IMG/VR virus record: IMGVR_UViG_3300028800_000074
Coordinates: 15,132-79,131 of that record
Reading direction: 5' to 3' (one strand)
DNA length: 64,000 bases
Origin: a virus
The notes beneath the pieces were generated by a model. That model was not told the origin of the DNA and searched no databases. It saw only the letters and a list, made by a program, of their open reading frames with translations. The number at the start of each line of letters is the position of its first letter. Positions within the stretch are counted from its first letter, which is position 1. This document shows positions 52,295-60,008 of this stretch, in pieces. The position numbers were made by a program, and so were the translations under genes.

Positions 52295-52696
52295 ATGATC
52301 TCCAAGCGAATCACTTCCATGACAGCACGTTCAAAAACCATGAGAGCCATCGTCCTTGTCGGGGCGGTGGCTTTTCCGTTCTCGGCCTTCGCCGCCGATT
52401 GCTCCGGAACGATTGCGACCGGTGGAACGTCGCAGGCGCTCAATCTCCCGGCGACGCTGCGCGTCGTCAACGGGCTCCGCGTCTGCAACCTCGATACGAC
52501 CGAGCCTCTTTGGCTCAACATCAACGGCACCGCCGTGGCTGCGACGCAGGGCAGCGTTCCCCTTCAGGCTGCGGCGGCCTCGTACACGGCGGCCGGAGGG
52601 TGCTTCGACCTTCCGACGGGCTGGACGCTGCTCCCCGGCGCGGCAAGCGTCGTCGCTGCGACGCTGGGCCACAAGTACACTTGCTGGTGGAGGTAA
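52295..52696 (+). CDS. Exported small beta-protein (signal peptide, 4 Cys)
   Basis: RAIVLVGAVAFPFSAFA|ADCSGTIATGGTSQ. Confidence 0.7.
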   Translation: MISKRITSMTARSKTMRAIVLVGAVAFPFSAFAADCSGTIATGGTSQALNLPATLRVVNGLRVCNLDTTEPLWLNINGTAVAATQGSVPLQAAAASYTAAGGCFDLPTGWTLLPGAASVVAATLGHKYTCWWR

Positions 52697-52701
52697 GTCC
52701 C

Positions 52702-53478
52702 TTGACGACCTACCCGATGCTCACGGCTCCGTGGCTTCCTCTTCTGGGATGGAAGCCGAGTCCGAACTTCAGCGCCCGCATCGGCAGCGTGATCGACATG
52801 ATCGTGCTGCACGACATGGAGGGCTATCAGAAGCCGAGCGAAGAGCTGTTCGAAGAGACCTCGTCGCATGTCTCGGCGCACTTCACCATCTCGTCCGATG
52901 GATCGACCATCGACCAGATGGTGGCGATCAAGAACAAGGCTTGGCATGCCTGCGACTACAACTCTCGCTCCGTCGGCATCGAGATGGAGGGGTTCTCCAA
53001 GAACAACTTCCCGAGCGTCGAACTCGTCACCGCCGCCCGCCTTGTCGCCCACCTATGCAAGAAGCTCAACATCCCAATCAAGTATTCGAAGGGCGGCGTC
53101 GGTCCCGGCATCGCGTCGCACTGGACGCTTGGCGCGGCTGGGGGCGGTCATAGCGACCCCGAGCCCAACGACGCCTTCATGATCGCGTTCGTCGCGCTCG
53201 TGCAGACAGAGTCTGACGCTGGGCGCTTCCCGATTCAGTACGACCCGGACACCGGCCTCGTCTCAAACCCCGACGCGCACGACCTGACAAAGACGCTCGG
53301 CGTTCAGGAGGCTCTCGCGTCGCTCGGCTTCAACATTCAGGCCGACGGTCAGATCGGGCCTGAGACCGAACGCGTCATTGGCAACTTCCAGATCATCGCC
53401 GGACTGCCCACGCGTCCTCGCGGACTGATCGACGATGCAACCCGCGCCGCAATCCAGAAGGCGCTCACCGGAGGTTAA
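52702..53478 (+). CDS. Endolysin: N-acetylmuramoyl-L-alanine amidase (Amidase_2) plus peptidoglycan-binding domain
   Basis: GGAGGT RBS with TTG 52702; SPNF, IVLH, VSAHF, AWHA, N..SVGIE, H.DP; VQ.AL..LG...DG.IGP.T...FQ. Confidence 0.92.
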   Translation: MTTYPMLTAPWLPLLGWKPSPNFSARIGSVIDMIVLHDMEGYQKPSEELFEETSSHVSAHFTISSDGSTIDQMVAIKNKAWHACDYNSRSVGIEMEGFSKNNFPSVELVTAARLVAHLCKKLNIPIKYSKGGVGPGIASHWTLGAAGGGHSDPEPNDAFMIAFVALVQTESDAGRFPIQYDPDTGLVSNPDAHDLTKTLGVQEALASLGFNIQADGQIGPETERVIGNFQIIAGLPTRPRGLIDDATRAAIQKALTGG

Positions 53479-53484
53479 GCAATT

Positions 53485-53757
53485 ATGTCTTGGCGTATTA
53501 ATGTCGACCCGAAGGTCGCCGGGGCAATCGGCCTTATCATCACGATCATGACGGTCGTCACTCAGGTGCCGTTCCCGCCCGAAGTGCCATCCTACATCTC
53601 GACGTGGATCAGCGACTGGGACACTTGGTTCCTTAAGATTTGGACGCCGGTCGCTGCCTACCTCGCGCTGTCCAGCTCGACCTCGCCCGGCCCGCTCTCC
53701 GCCGACCGGCTGGCTGAGTCCAACGGTCAAGTCCCTCCCTCACAGGTGAAGTCATGA
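53485..53757 (+). CDS. Putative holin
   Basis: Two hydrophobic segments, directly after the endolysin. Confidence 0.6.
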   Translation: MSWRINVDPKVAGAIGLIITIMTVVTQVPFPPEVPSYISTWISDWDTWFLKIWTPVAAYLALSSSTSPGPLSADRLAESNGQVPPSQVKS

Positions 53758-54107
53758 TTGAACCTCTCAACATCGACGCCCAAGACGCTCAGGGGCGCAA
53801 GGCTTCGATCACGATCTCGATGCTGTCCAACGACAGCGTCGAGCTGAGCGTAACCGACGCCGGGTCGGACAACCTCTACACCCTTACCGGCGTAACCTCG
53901 GACGGACCCGGCGTTGCGCATGGGACCACGAGCGTCTGGGGGCAGCACCCAGCGATCCATCTGGCGATCATGCCGGACGCCTTCCACATTTCTGTCGACC
54001 ACATGTGGTTCGCGCCCTCCCCAATGGTGTTCAAGTCCGACGCAGCTACGCTCGCCAAGGCCAAGGCGTGGCTGACCGCCGCCGCCTTCCCCTACGCATC
54101 GGCTTAA
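53754..54107 (+). CDS. Hypothetical protein
   Basis: ATGA overlap. Confidence 0.65.
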   Translation: MIEPLNIDAQDAQGRKASITISMLSNDSVELSVTDAGSDNLYTLTGVTSDGPGVAHGTTSVWGQHPAIHLAIMPDAFHISVDHMWFAPSPMVFKSDAATLAKAKAWLTAAAFPYASA

Positions 54108-54111
54108 GGCG

Positions 54112-54216
54112 GTGATCAGGCTCATCCTCCTATCCGCTGCGCTCACCCTTTCGGGGTGCGCCTCGAATAACATCGCCGCCGATATCGCGGCGTGCGTCAT
54201 CAACGTCTGCAACTGA
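54112..54216 (+). CDS. Small lipoprotein, 34 aa (not in ORF track)
   Basis: MIRLILLSAALTLSG|CASNNIAADIAACVINVCN; lipobox LSGC. Confidence 0.7.
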   Translation: MIRLILLSAALTLSGCASNNIAADIAACVINVCN

Positions 54217-54227
54217 GAGAGGCGTCC

Positions 54228-54668
54228 ATGGTCAACAAGTCAATTGCGCGCCGCTGTATGCTCGTCGCCAGCGGCCTCGTACTTACGTTCATCCTGTGCG
54301 GTCAGTCGGCCCCATCGGGCTGCTCTGATCAGCAGCAGGCGGTCGTGGCAGACGTCGCCGCCGTGGCGAGCATCATCTGTGCAGGGATCGCTACCGAGCA
54401 GTCGTCCGGCCTCACGCTCAACTCCACCGCGAAGGCCGCCATCAGCTCGGCCTCGGCCGCATGCAACGCGACGGCGCAGGGCACGAACCTGACGACCGCA
54501 TCGACCACGGCCGCGATCTTCTCGGCCGCTGTCGTGCTTCAGCAATCCGGCGTGCTCAAGAACATCAAGTTCAAGGCCGAGAGCTACGACGTGAAGCTCG
54601 CGATGACGCGGATCGGCATGTCGAAGAGCGACATCAGCTACATCATGGCGCACAACATCGCCCGGTAA
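54228..54668 (+). CDS. Exported/membrane helical protein in lysis region (spanin-like candidate)
   Basis: N-terminal hydrophobic segment, Ala-rich helices, paired Cys. Confidence 0.65.
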   Translation: MVNKSIARRCMLVASGLVLTFILCGQSAPSGCSDQQQAVVADVAAVASIICAGIATEQSSGLTLNSTAKAAISSASAACNATAQGTNLTTASTTAAIFSAAVVLQQSGVLKNIKFKAESYDVKLAMTRIGMSKSDISYIMAHNIAR

Positions 54669-54671
54669 GGG

Positions 54672-54995
54672 ACGACGCCGATCCTTCCAGCTCTAGCCGC
54701 AATCCCCGCCGCCCTCGCGCTCGCAAAGCTCGTGGGCGGCGGGGCCGTTTTTGGGCTCATGCGTGACGTCTTCACCGCCGCGCATGACCCGCGCAACCTC
54801 GGCAAGGACGCGGTCGTGATCCAAGACGTGATCTCGATTGCGGTCCCGGCTCCCTACAGCGGGCTCATCAACACCGGCATCTCCGCCTACGTCGTCTGGG
54901 TCAAGCTCTCCGGTGGCGGCACGATCTCAATCGAGTATTATCCAATTCGAAACGGCCAGACCTCGCCGACGCATCATCGCGGCCGGGTCGGCTAA
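54672..54995 (+). CDS. Hypothetical membrane-associated protein (start uncertain)
   Basis: Frame open from 54669; first canonical start is GTG 54732. Confidence 0.45.
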   Translation, partial: TTPILPALAAIPAALALAKLVGGGAVFGLMRDVFTAAHDPRNLGKDAVVIQDVISIAVPAPYSGLINTGISAYVVWVKLSGGGTISIEYYPIRNGQTSPTHHRGRVG

Positions 54996-55010
54996 CCTCA
55001 GGAGGCGCGC

Positions 55011-55493
55011 ATGTGCGACTACTCACTCGAACACCTGACAACGATCAAGGCTGAGCCGGGCATGGAGATTGCGCTCCACAAGTTCGTGACGGGATCAACA
55101 GGCTTCGTCAGGCATGCCGACTTGGTCGCGTATCGAGGGTCGATCCACCACGCGAAGAGCGAAGGCGGATTCCGCGTCGACCAAGGCCTCTGCCCGGTTT
55201 GCGTGAAGCCGGGAACGAAACTCACCCTCGGTCGCCCATGCCGTCCAGTCGAAACGGTCACGTTCGAGACCGACATGTCGACTCCGGCATACGTTACCCA
55301 CATTCACCGCGACGGCGTCAGGTTCGCCGACGGGAGCTTCCGGCTGCTCGGAGAGCTTCCGGAGAAGACGTGGGCCGTAGTGGTCGACGTCGCGGTCGAG
55401 GCGCTCGCCGAGCTAGCGCGGAAGCCGGAGAGCTTTCCTGACGATGGCGTCGAGGTCGGGGGCTTGCACGAAGTTGCGAGTGAACCCGTATAG
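55011..55493 (+). CDS. Hypothetical protein
   Basis: AGGAGG RBS; MCDYSL...GF...CVKPG..L...HRDG..F. Confidence 0.75.
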   Translation: MCDYSLEHLTTIKAEPGMEIALHKFVTGSTGFVRHADLVAYRGSIHHAKSEGGFRVDQGLCPVCVKPGTKLTLGRPCRPVETVTFETDMSTPAYVTHIHRDGVRFADGSFRLLGELPEKTWAVVVDVAVEALAELARKPESFPDDGVEVGGLHEVASEPV

Positions 55494-55766
55494 CTCGCTG
55501 AGCGCTACCTCCAGCTCGGTGATCCGCGCGTAGACACCGTCGTTGTACGCGTCGAGGCCACGCTGAGCCTCGTGCGCGATGCCGTTCCACTTGTCCACCT
55601 GAACCTCACGCGGCTTCGATGCGACCATGGCGAGTATCTCGCCCCGCATCGACTGCGTGAGCGCATAGAAGCGGCCGAGCTGGTCTTCGAGCACGAGCAC
55701 GCGCTTCGCCATCGCGGCGTGGTCAATCTTCATCAGGTCGGCAAGACGCTGAGCTTCGTCGGTCAT
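55413..55766 (-). CDS. Hypothetical coiled-coil protein
   Basis: Last gene of - strand chain; AAGGAG RBS. Confidence 0.7.
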   Translation of the reverse strand: MTDEAQRLADLMKIDHAAMAKRVLVLEDQLGRFYALTQSMRGEILAMVASKPREVQVDKWNGIAHEAQRGLDAYNDGVYARITELEVALSELYGFTRNFVQAPDLDAIVRKALRLPR

Positions 55767-56092
55767 TGCTTCTCCTTCACGAGCGCCAGCCGACGCTCAA
55801 TCGACGTAGCAGGATCGCCCATCGGTAGGCCGCGTTTGCGAAGAGCGTCCATGCAAGCAAGTTGCTTCAGGGTGACCTCGACCGCTCCGGCCTCGATAGC
55901 TTTCAACCGCAGCGTCATCGACACGTCGTAGTGGTCGCCCTGATACCATCGGCGCGAGAGCCTTATGGTGTCGGCCATCGCATGCAGCTCGGCCTCGGTG
56001 TCGGCGATCATATGTGACATCTTGTACATGCGACCACCGCGCTTGAACTCGCCCACCGGATACTTGAACATGTCGTCCACGTAGACGGTCAT
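55763..56092 (-). CDS. DUF4031 family protein
   Basis: MTVYVD, MSHMIADT..ELH.MA..I...RRWYQ.DHYD....R..A...GA. Confidence 0.88.
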   Translation of the reverse strand: MTVYVDDMFKYPVGEFKRGGRMYKMSHMIADTEAELHAMADTIRLSRRWYQGDHYDVSMTLRLKAIEAGAVEVTLKQLACMDALRKRGLPMGDPATSIERRLALVKEKQ

Positions 56093-56505
56093 GCTCCAGC
56101 CTCTCCAGCGGATTTAAGCAGGGCGTCGATGCGTTCCAGTTTTTTGGCAACGAAAGGATTGCGGCTTGCCGGGAAGCCGTCAATGACAGCCTTGGCCACA
56201 AAATGTCGCGCCTCTTTCAACGCCGCCACAAGCTCGGCATTTCGCGTCTTGGCGTCGTTCCAAAGGCGGAGCGTGTCGGCGTGAGCGGCTTCCTCGTCCT
56301 CAAGAGTCGCGACTGCGGCATCGCGTTCCGCCACAAGCTCGGCATAGCGGGCCGCTTGGAGGGCCTTCGTGGCTCGGTAGCAGCACAGATCGCGCCAATC
56401 GTCATCCGCCCGCTCCCACGAGTAAGTATGGCGAGCTTCTTTTTCGACCTCACCGATAGCGCGGCCCACACGCTCCACGATGGTGGTGCTCAGTTCATCG
56501 GTCAT
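56089..56505 (-). CDS. Hypothetical protein
   Basis: IVERVGRAI...A..AL; internal 18-bp direct repeat at 56223 and 56328. Confidence 0.7.
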   Translation of the reverse strand: MTDELSTTIVERVGRAIGEVEKEARHTYSWERADDDWRDLCCYRATKALQAARYAELVAERDAAVATLEDEEAAHADTLRLWNDAKTRNAELVAALKEARHFVAKAVIDGFPASRNPFVAKKLERIDALLKSAGEAGA

Positions 56506-56680
56506 GGGAGGGGGCTTTCGGTTGGGCTAAAGACCGGGTGATTTCGGCCCACTCCTCGGCCAATTCCGCGAATTGGCCGACTCCGAACCAGCACAAGATT
56601 TGGTGGAACGGCTTTCGCCGATCTTCGTGGCGAACTGCCCAGCAGCGACCATTTGATTTTCTCAGGATGTGCGGCTTCAT
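56495..56680 (-). CDS. Hypothetical protein
   Basis: Strong GGAGGAAAGGAG RBS. Confidence 0.6.
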   Translation of the reverse strand: MKPHILRKSNGRCWAVRHEDRRKPFHQILCWFGVGQFAELAEEWAEITRSLAQPKAPSHDR

Positions 56681-56782
56681 CTCCTTTCCTCCTTCATGCG
56701 AGCGCTCATAGTCGAAACCCGGCATTGTAAAGGAACATCGCTAGGCACAAGACTAGCATGGCTGCGATTGTCAATTTGTTCA

Positions 56783-57730
56783 TTACTCTTCGCCCTTCAT
56801 GCGAGCGCGGATGGCGGTGGCGGCTCGTCGGAGCGTGTCCGCGTCCCAGCGATGTTGGCTGATTTCGTCTTTAACATTGAAATCTTTATAGTCTCGCTCC
56901 ATCTGCGATGCAGATTCCTCGTGCTTGTCTGCCTCTCTATTAAGCGTCTTCGCCGCCTCCTCCATTCCCTCGGCGCGAGCTTGGCGAAGGGCATTATTGT
57001 GCGCTTTAACAATGGCGATTGCGTTGCGATCATCAATCGCAAATGAGATTGCAGCGGGGCCATTGGGGTTATCGTGCCAAGGGTGGTCATTGCTTGGACT
57101 CGGTGGGCGATCAATGATGAACAGCGCATCGTTCATCGAGCCGATATGCCACTCCCGCGCCCGTTCCTCGTCGCCCTGCGTTGGTGGGGGAGGGGAGGCG
57201 CGGTCAACAGCCGCCAGATAGGCGCACCCAGCGTGCGCGCCAGTTGAGTCAACAGGGCCGCAATAGCCGCATTTGTTGCACGCTCCCTGCGTTGGCGGGG
57301 GAGGGGCGCGACGACATGCTTGCGGCCCTTGTGCGCTGTAGCAATCGCATTCAGGATGACGGCAGGGCGTCGGTCGGCCTTCCTGCGTCTGCTCGGCAGC
57401 CGCGCACATTTCGTAGCGCGCCTCCCCGCTGGTGGGTTCTGCGGGGTCAGTCCAGCCGGGGCGCTCTAGCGGCGCAAACGGATTTGTCGGATCGCGCTCC
57501 GCCTCCCCGCTGGCGGGTTTTGCGATGGCGGCGCGGACGGTTGCTCCGCCCCGCTTAGCGAAAGTTCCAAAATGAAAGGACGCATTGTTCAAGACGGTTT
57601 TCGCGTGCGGGTCGTTCATACGCGCCGCCTCGTCGCGTAGCCAAGAGACAACTAGCTTGATCCCGTTTCGTCTACCGTCTTGCCACTCACGAGAATGACC
57701 CCGGCCTCGCTCTTCCTCAGTTCTTGTCAT
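56783..57730 (-). CDS. Mosaic hypothetical protein with repeated linkers
   Basis: P[AT]SGEA x2, PPPPTQG x2, small Cys clusters. Confidence 0.65.
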   Translation of the reverse strand: MTRTEEERGRGHSREWQDGRRNGIKLVVSWLRDEAARMNDPHAKTVLNNASFHFGTFAKRGGATVRAAIAKPASGEAERDPTNPFAPLERPGWTDPAEPTSGEARYEMCAAAEQTQEGRPTPCRHPECDCYSAQGPQACRRAPPPPTQGACNKCGYCGPVDSTGAHAGCAYLAAVDRASPPPPTQGDEERAREWHIGSMNDALFIIDRPPSPSNDHPWHDNPNGPAAISFAIDDRNAIAIVKAHNNALRQARAEGMEEAAKTLNREADKHEESASQMERDYKDFNVKDEISQHRWDADTLRRAATAIRARMKGEE

Positions 57731-57731
57731 G

Positions 57732-58247
57732 TTAGGCTCCGGTGGTCGCTACGCTAGTCACGGCTCGATCTGAAGTAGCGTGTGCCGACTTCTCAGCCTC
57801 GATTGCCGACATATCCGGCTCCCCGCGCTGCGTGAACGCCGGGTGGAGCGCTGGAGCCTGACCGGTCGCCATGGCGTCGTCGACTGCGAGCAGGGTGTAG
57901 AGCCTGCTCATGTCGTCTGGGCTTGGGAAGTTCCTCCCAGCTTCCTGCATGGTCATGATCCAAGCTGAGGCGACCCGCGCATGGCGGATGTTTCGCCAAG
58001 CCACCGGGTCCAGCGGACGAACCCCGGTTGCCGATTCGATTGCATCCCTTACCTCGGCCAAATAGGCCTCCTTTGATTTCTTGTTGGCGGCGTCCGTCGG
58101 CGACGGCCCGTAGGCGTCTTCCAGCGGCGACGGCTCGACATCGACGCGCTTGAACGCCTCGCGCAGTCGATCAGCCGCTGGCGTAGAGCGCCCCTGCTGG
58201 AGCGCGGCGACGTCATCGACAGTGGGACGCTTAGTGATCAGTGGCAT
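57732..58247 (-). CDS. Hypothetical protein
   Basis: AAGGAG RBS. Confidence 0.6.
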   Translation of the reverse strand: MPLITKRPTVDDVAALQQGRSTPAADRLREAFKRVDVEPSPLEDAYGPSPTDAANKKSKEAYLAEVRDAIESATGVRPLDPVAWRNIRHARVASAWIMTMQEAGRNFPSPDDMSRLYTLLAVDDAMATGQAPALHPAFTQRGEPDMSAIEAEKSAHATSDRAVTSVATTGA

Positions 58248-58434
58248 CTTTGATCTCCTTCCAAATTGAGAACCCGGTTTTGTTGCGCCTGACGAAATAG
58301 AACTGACCTCCCTTGAGGCGGACGCCCATGTCCTTCTGGTCTGGGTTCTTGGCGCACTGATCCTGCATCGAGCGAACGACCCTCTCGACGTCGGCGAGGT
58401 CGCTAGGGCTGTCGATATGAGAAATGATCCTCAC
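58231..58434 (-). CDS. Hypothetical protein
   Basis: GTGA overlap. Confidence 0.6.
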   Translation of the reverse strand: MRIISHIDSPSDLADVERVVRSMQDQCAKNPDQKDMGVRLKGGQFYFVRRNKTGFSIWKEIKDATDH

Positions 58435-58871
58435 TTGATCCCGTACCTCCGAGCGATCTCCGACACGCCGCTGGCGACAGGACGCGGCGGAGGCTTCTCC
58501 TCCCTTGGCCTCTGCGCGATCTTCTTCTTCGGCTCGTCTTCAGCGCCGATATGCTTCGCCCGGGCGCGGGTCGCCTTTGCGCCCTCGCTGTTCTCCTTCG
58601 CCGTCTTCGCGACGTGCGCGTCGCTCTCCTGAAGAGCTGGCGCGAGATTGCGCTCGCGGTTCTCTCCACCGTCGGCGAGGCGCTTGACGTGATCGCACTG
58701 CCACTTGTCCTTCACGCCGATCTTGCGACCGGTGATGTGGCAGACGCCCTTGAACCGGTCGAACACCCTGACGCGCACAGCCTGAGGCGGGCGCGAGTCC
58801 GGCGTCTTCCCGATCCACTCCTTGACCTTTCGACCGCCGTAGGGCGAGTCGATCATCGGCGGCTTCTTCAT
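58431..58871 (-). CDS. HNH endonuclease-like protein
   Basis: R.RVF.RF.G.C...G.....W..DH...LA.GG.....NL......H..KT. Confidence 0.85.
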   Translation of the reverse strand: MKKPPMIDSPYGGRKVKEWIGKTPDSRPPQAVRVRVFDRFKGVCHITGRKIGVKDKWQCDHVKRLADGGENRERNLAPALQESDAHVAKTAKENSEGAKATRARAKHIGAEDEPKKKIAQRPREEKPPPRPVASGVSEIARRYGIK

Positions 58872-59215
58872 GACTGAATGACCACCGGACTGACGCTCCA
58901 CGAGCCGCTCACGCCGCTCCGCGCGCGATCAAACGCGGCGCTCGACGATGCAAATAGCTCCGGCGCTTTCCCGAAGACCGTGAGCATGTAGACGATCTTC
59001 GGAGATGGGTCGGGAGCCGCCGCGCCCGACCATCCTGACCGCCCTTTCTCACTACCGCCACCGCCTCCGGAGCTAACGCTCGGATAACGACCTTCGATGT
59101 TCAGATGCGTCACGTCTCCCCTGATCGTCAAATGGGTCACGTTCCCGTTGATCTTCAGGTGGACGACGTTGCGGTCTATGGTCGTGCTTGTGACAGTGTC
59201 GCTGTTCAGATTCAT
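58868..59215 (-). CDS. Hypothetical protein with 9-aa repeats
   Basis: NVVHLKING/NVTHLTIRG/DVTHLNIEG. Confidence 0.65.
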   Translation of the reverse strand: MNLNSDTVTSTTIDRNVVHLKINGNVTHLTIRGDVTHLNIEGRYPSVSSGGGGGSEKGRSGWSGAAAPDPSPKIVYMLTVFGKAPELFASSSAAFDRARSGVSGSWSVSPVVIQS

Positions 59216-59646
59216 TCCTTCCTCCTTCGATAGAACCTGCCATCGGGCTTGATGATCAGGTCGCCGTTCGCCTTGGCTTCGAGCAACCTGTCAACCTTGG
59301 CTCGGGCTGCATCCATAACCTCGTCGGTCATAGTCTTGGCCAGCATGGACGTCACCGAGAGAAGGATACCGACATCCGCGACCTCGCCAACGATCTCTTC
59401 GTGCGATGCAATGCGCTTTTCGTCGTATGTGCGCGACAAGTCCTTCACCTGCTCGTTCTTGAGGGATTCGCCCACAGAGATGTTGACATCCTCAGCGGAC
59501 GCCCCGCATGCCATCGCAAGCTCGACCGCTTCTTCCATAAGGCGAAGCGCAAGCGCTCGCGGAGCTGGCGTGTGCGGAGGTTCATAGATCGACAATACCC
59601 GGCTGGCTTCATCGAACGGGGTTGTCTGTCTTGAGGTATTGTTCAT
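59212..59646 (-). CDS. MazG-like NTP pyrophosphohydrolase
   Basis: RLMEEAVEL and EIVGEVADV (EExxE...ExxD). Confidence 0.75.
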   Translation of the reverse strand: MNNTSRQTTPFDEASRVLSIYEPPHTPAPRALALRLMEEAVELAMACGASAEDVNISVGESLKNEQVKDLSRTYDEKRIASHEEIVGEVADVGILLSVTSMLAKTMTDEVMDAARAKVDRLLEAKANGDLIIKPDGRFYRRRKE

Positions 59647-60008
59647 GGCGTCACCCTTTCGGAGCAGGTCTTCCTTTGTTCGAGCGCCATCCTGAGCCAC
59701 GCTAGGTCCATCCAAAGGCGCTCCGCCACGGCGGTGAAATTTCGTCCCGTCACCATCCGTTCGATTTCTTCGGTCTTTTGACGCAAACTGTCGTACAGAG
59801 CCGCCTGCTCTCGCTGCTCTCGCTCCTGCTCTCGCTCCTTACGCACTGCCCCTGTCACCCGATAGACCTTGCTGAGCTTAAGGTTGAACTTCGCGGAAAG
59901 CTCCTTGCCGGTGCCCCCGAACTCCTTGAAGTGGGCTCGCAGTTGTTGCGCCCTATCGTTCTCCGCCGCCCAGTCCCGTCTCTCCTGCTCAGTAAACCAG
60001 TAGGTCAC
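59643..60008 (-). CDS. Hypothetical protein with HTH-like segment
   Basis: TGKELSAKFNLKLSKVYRV. Confidence 0.6.
   Translation of the reverse strand: MTYWFTEQERRDWAAENDRAQQLRAHFKEFGGTGKELSAKFNLKLSKVYRVTGAVRKEREQEREQREQAALYDSLRQKTEEIERMVTGRNFTAVAERLWMDLAWLRMALEQRKTCSERVTP

Noticed and set aside
52399-52701. N-terminal extension of the endolysin ORF in the track
   Set aside because: Overlaps 52295-52696 out of frame; the GGAGGT RBS points to TTG 52702
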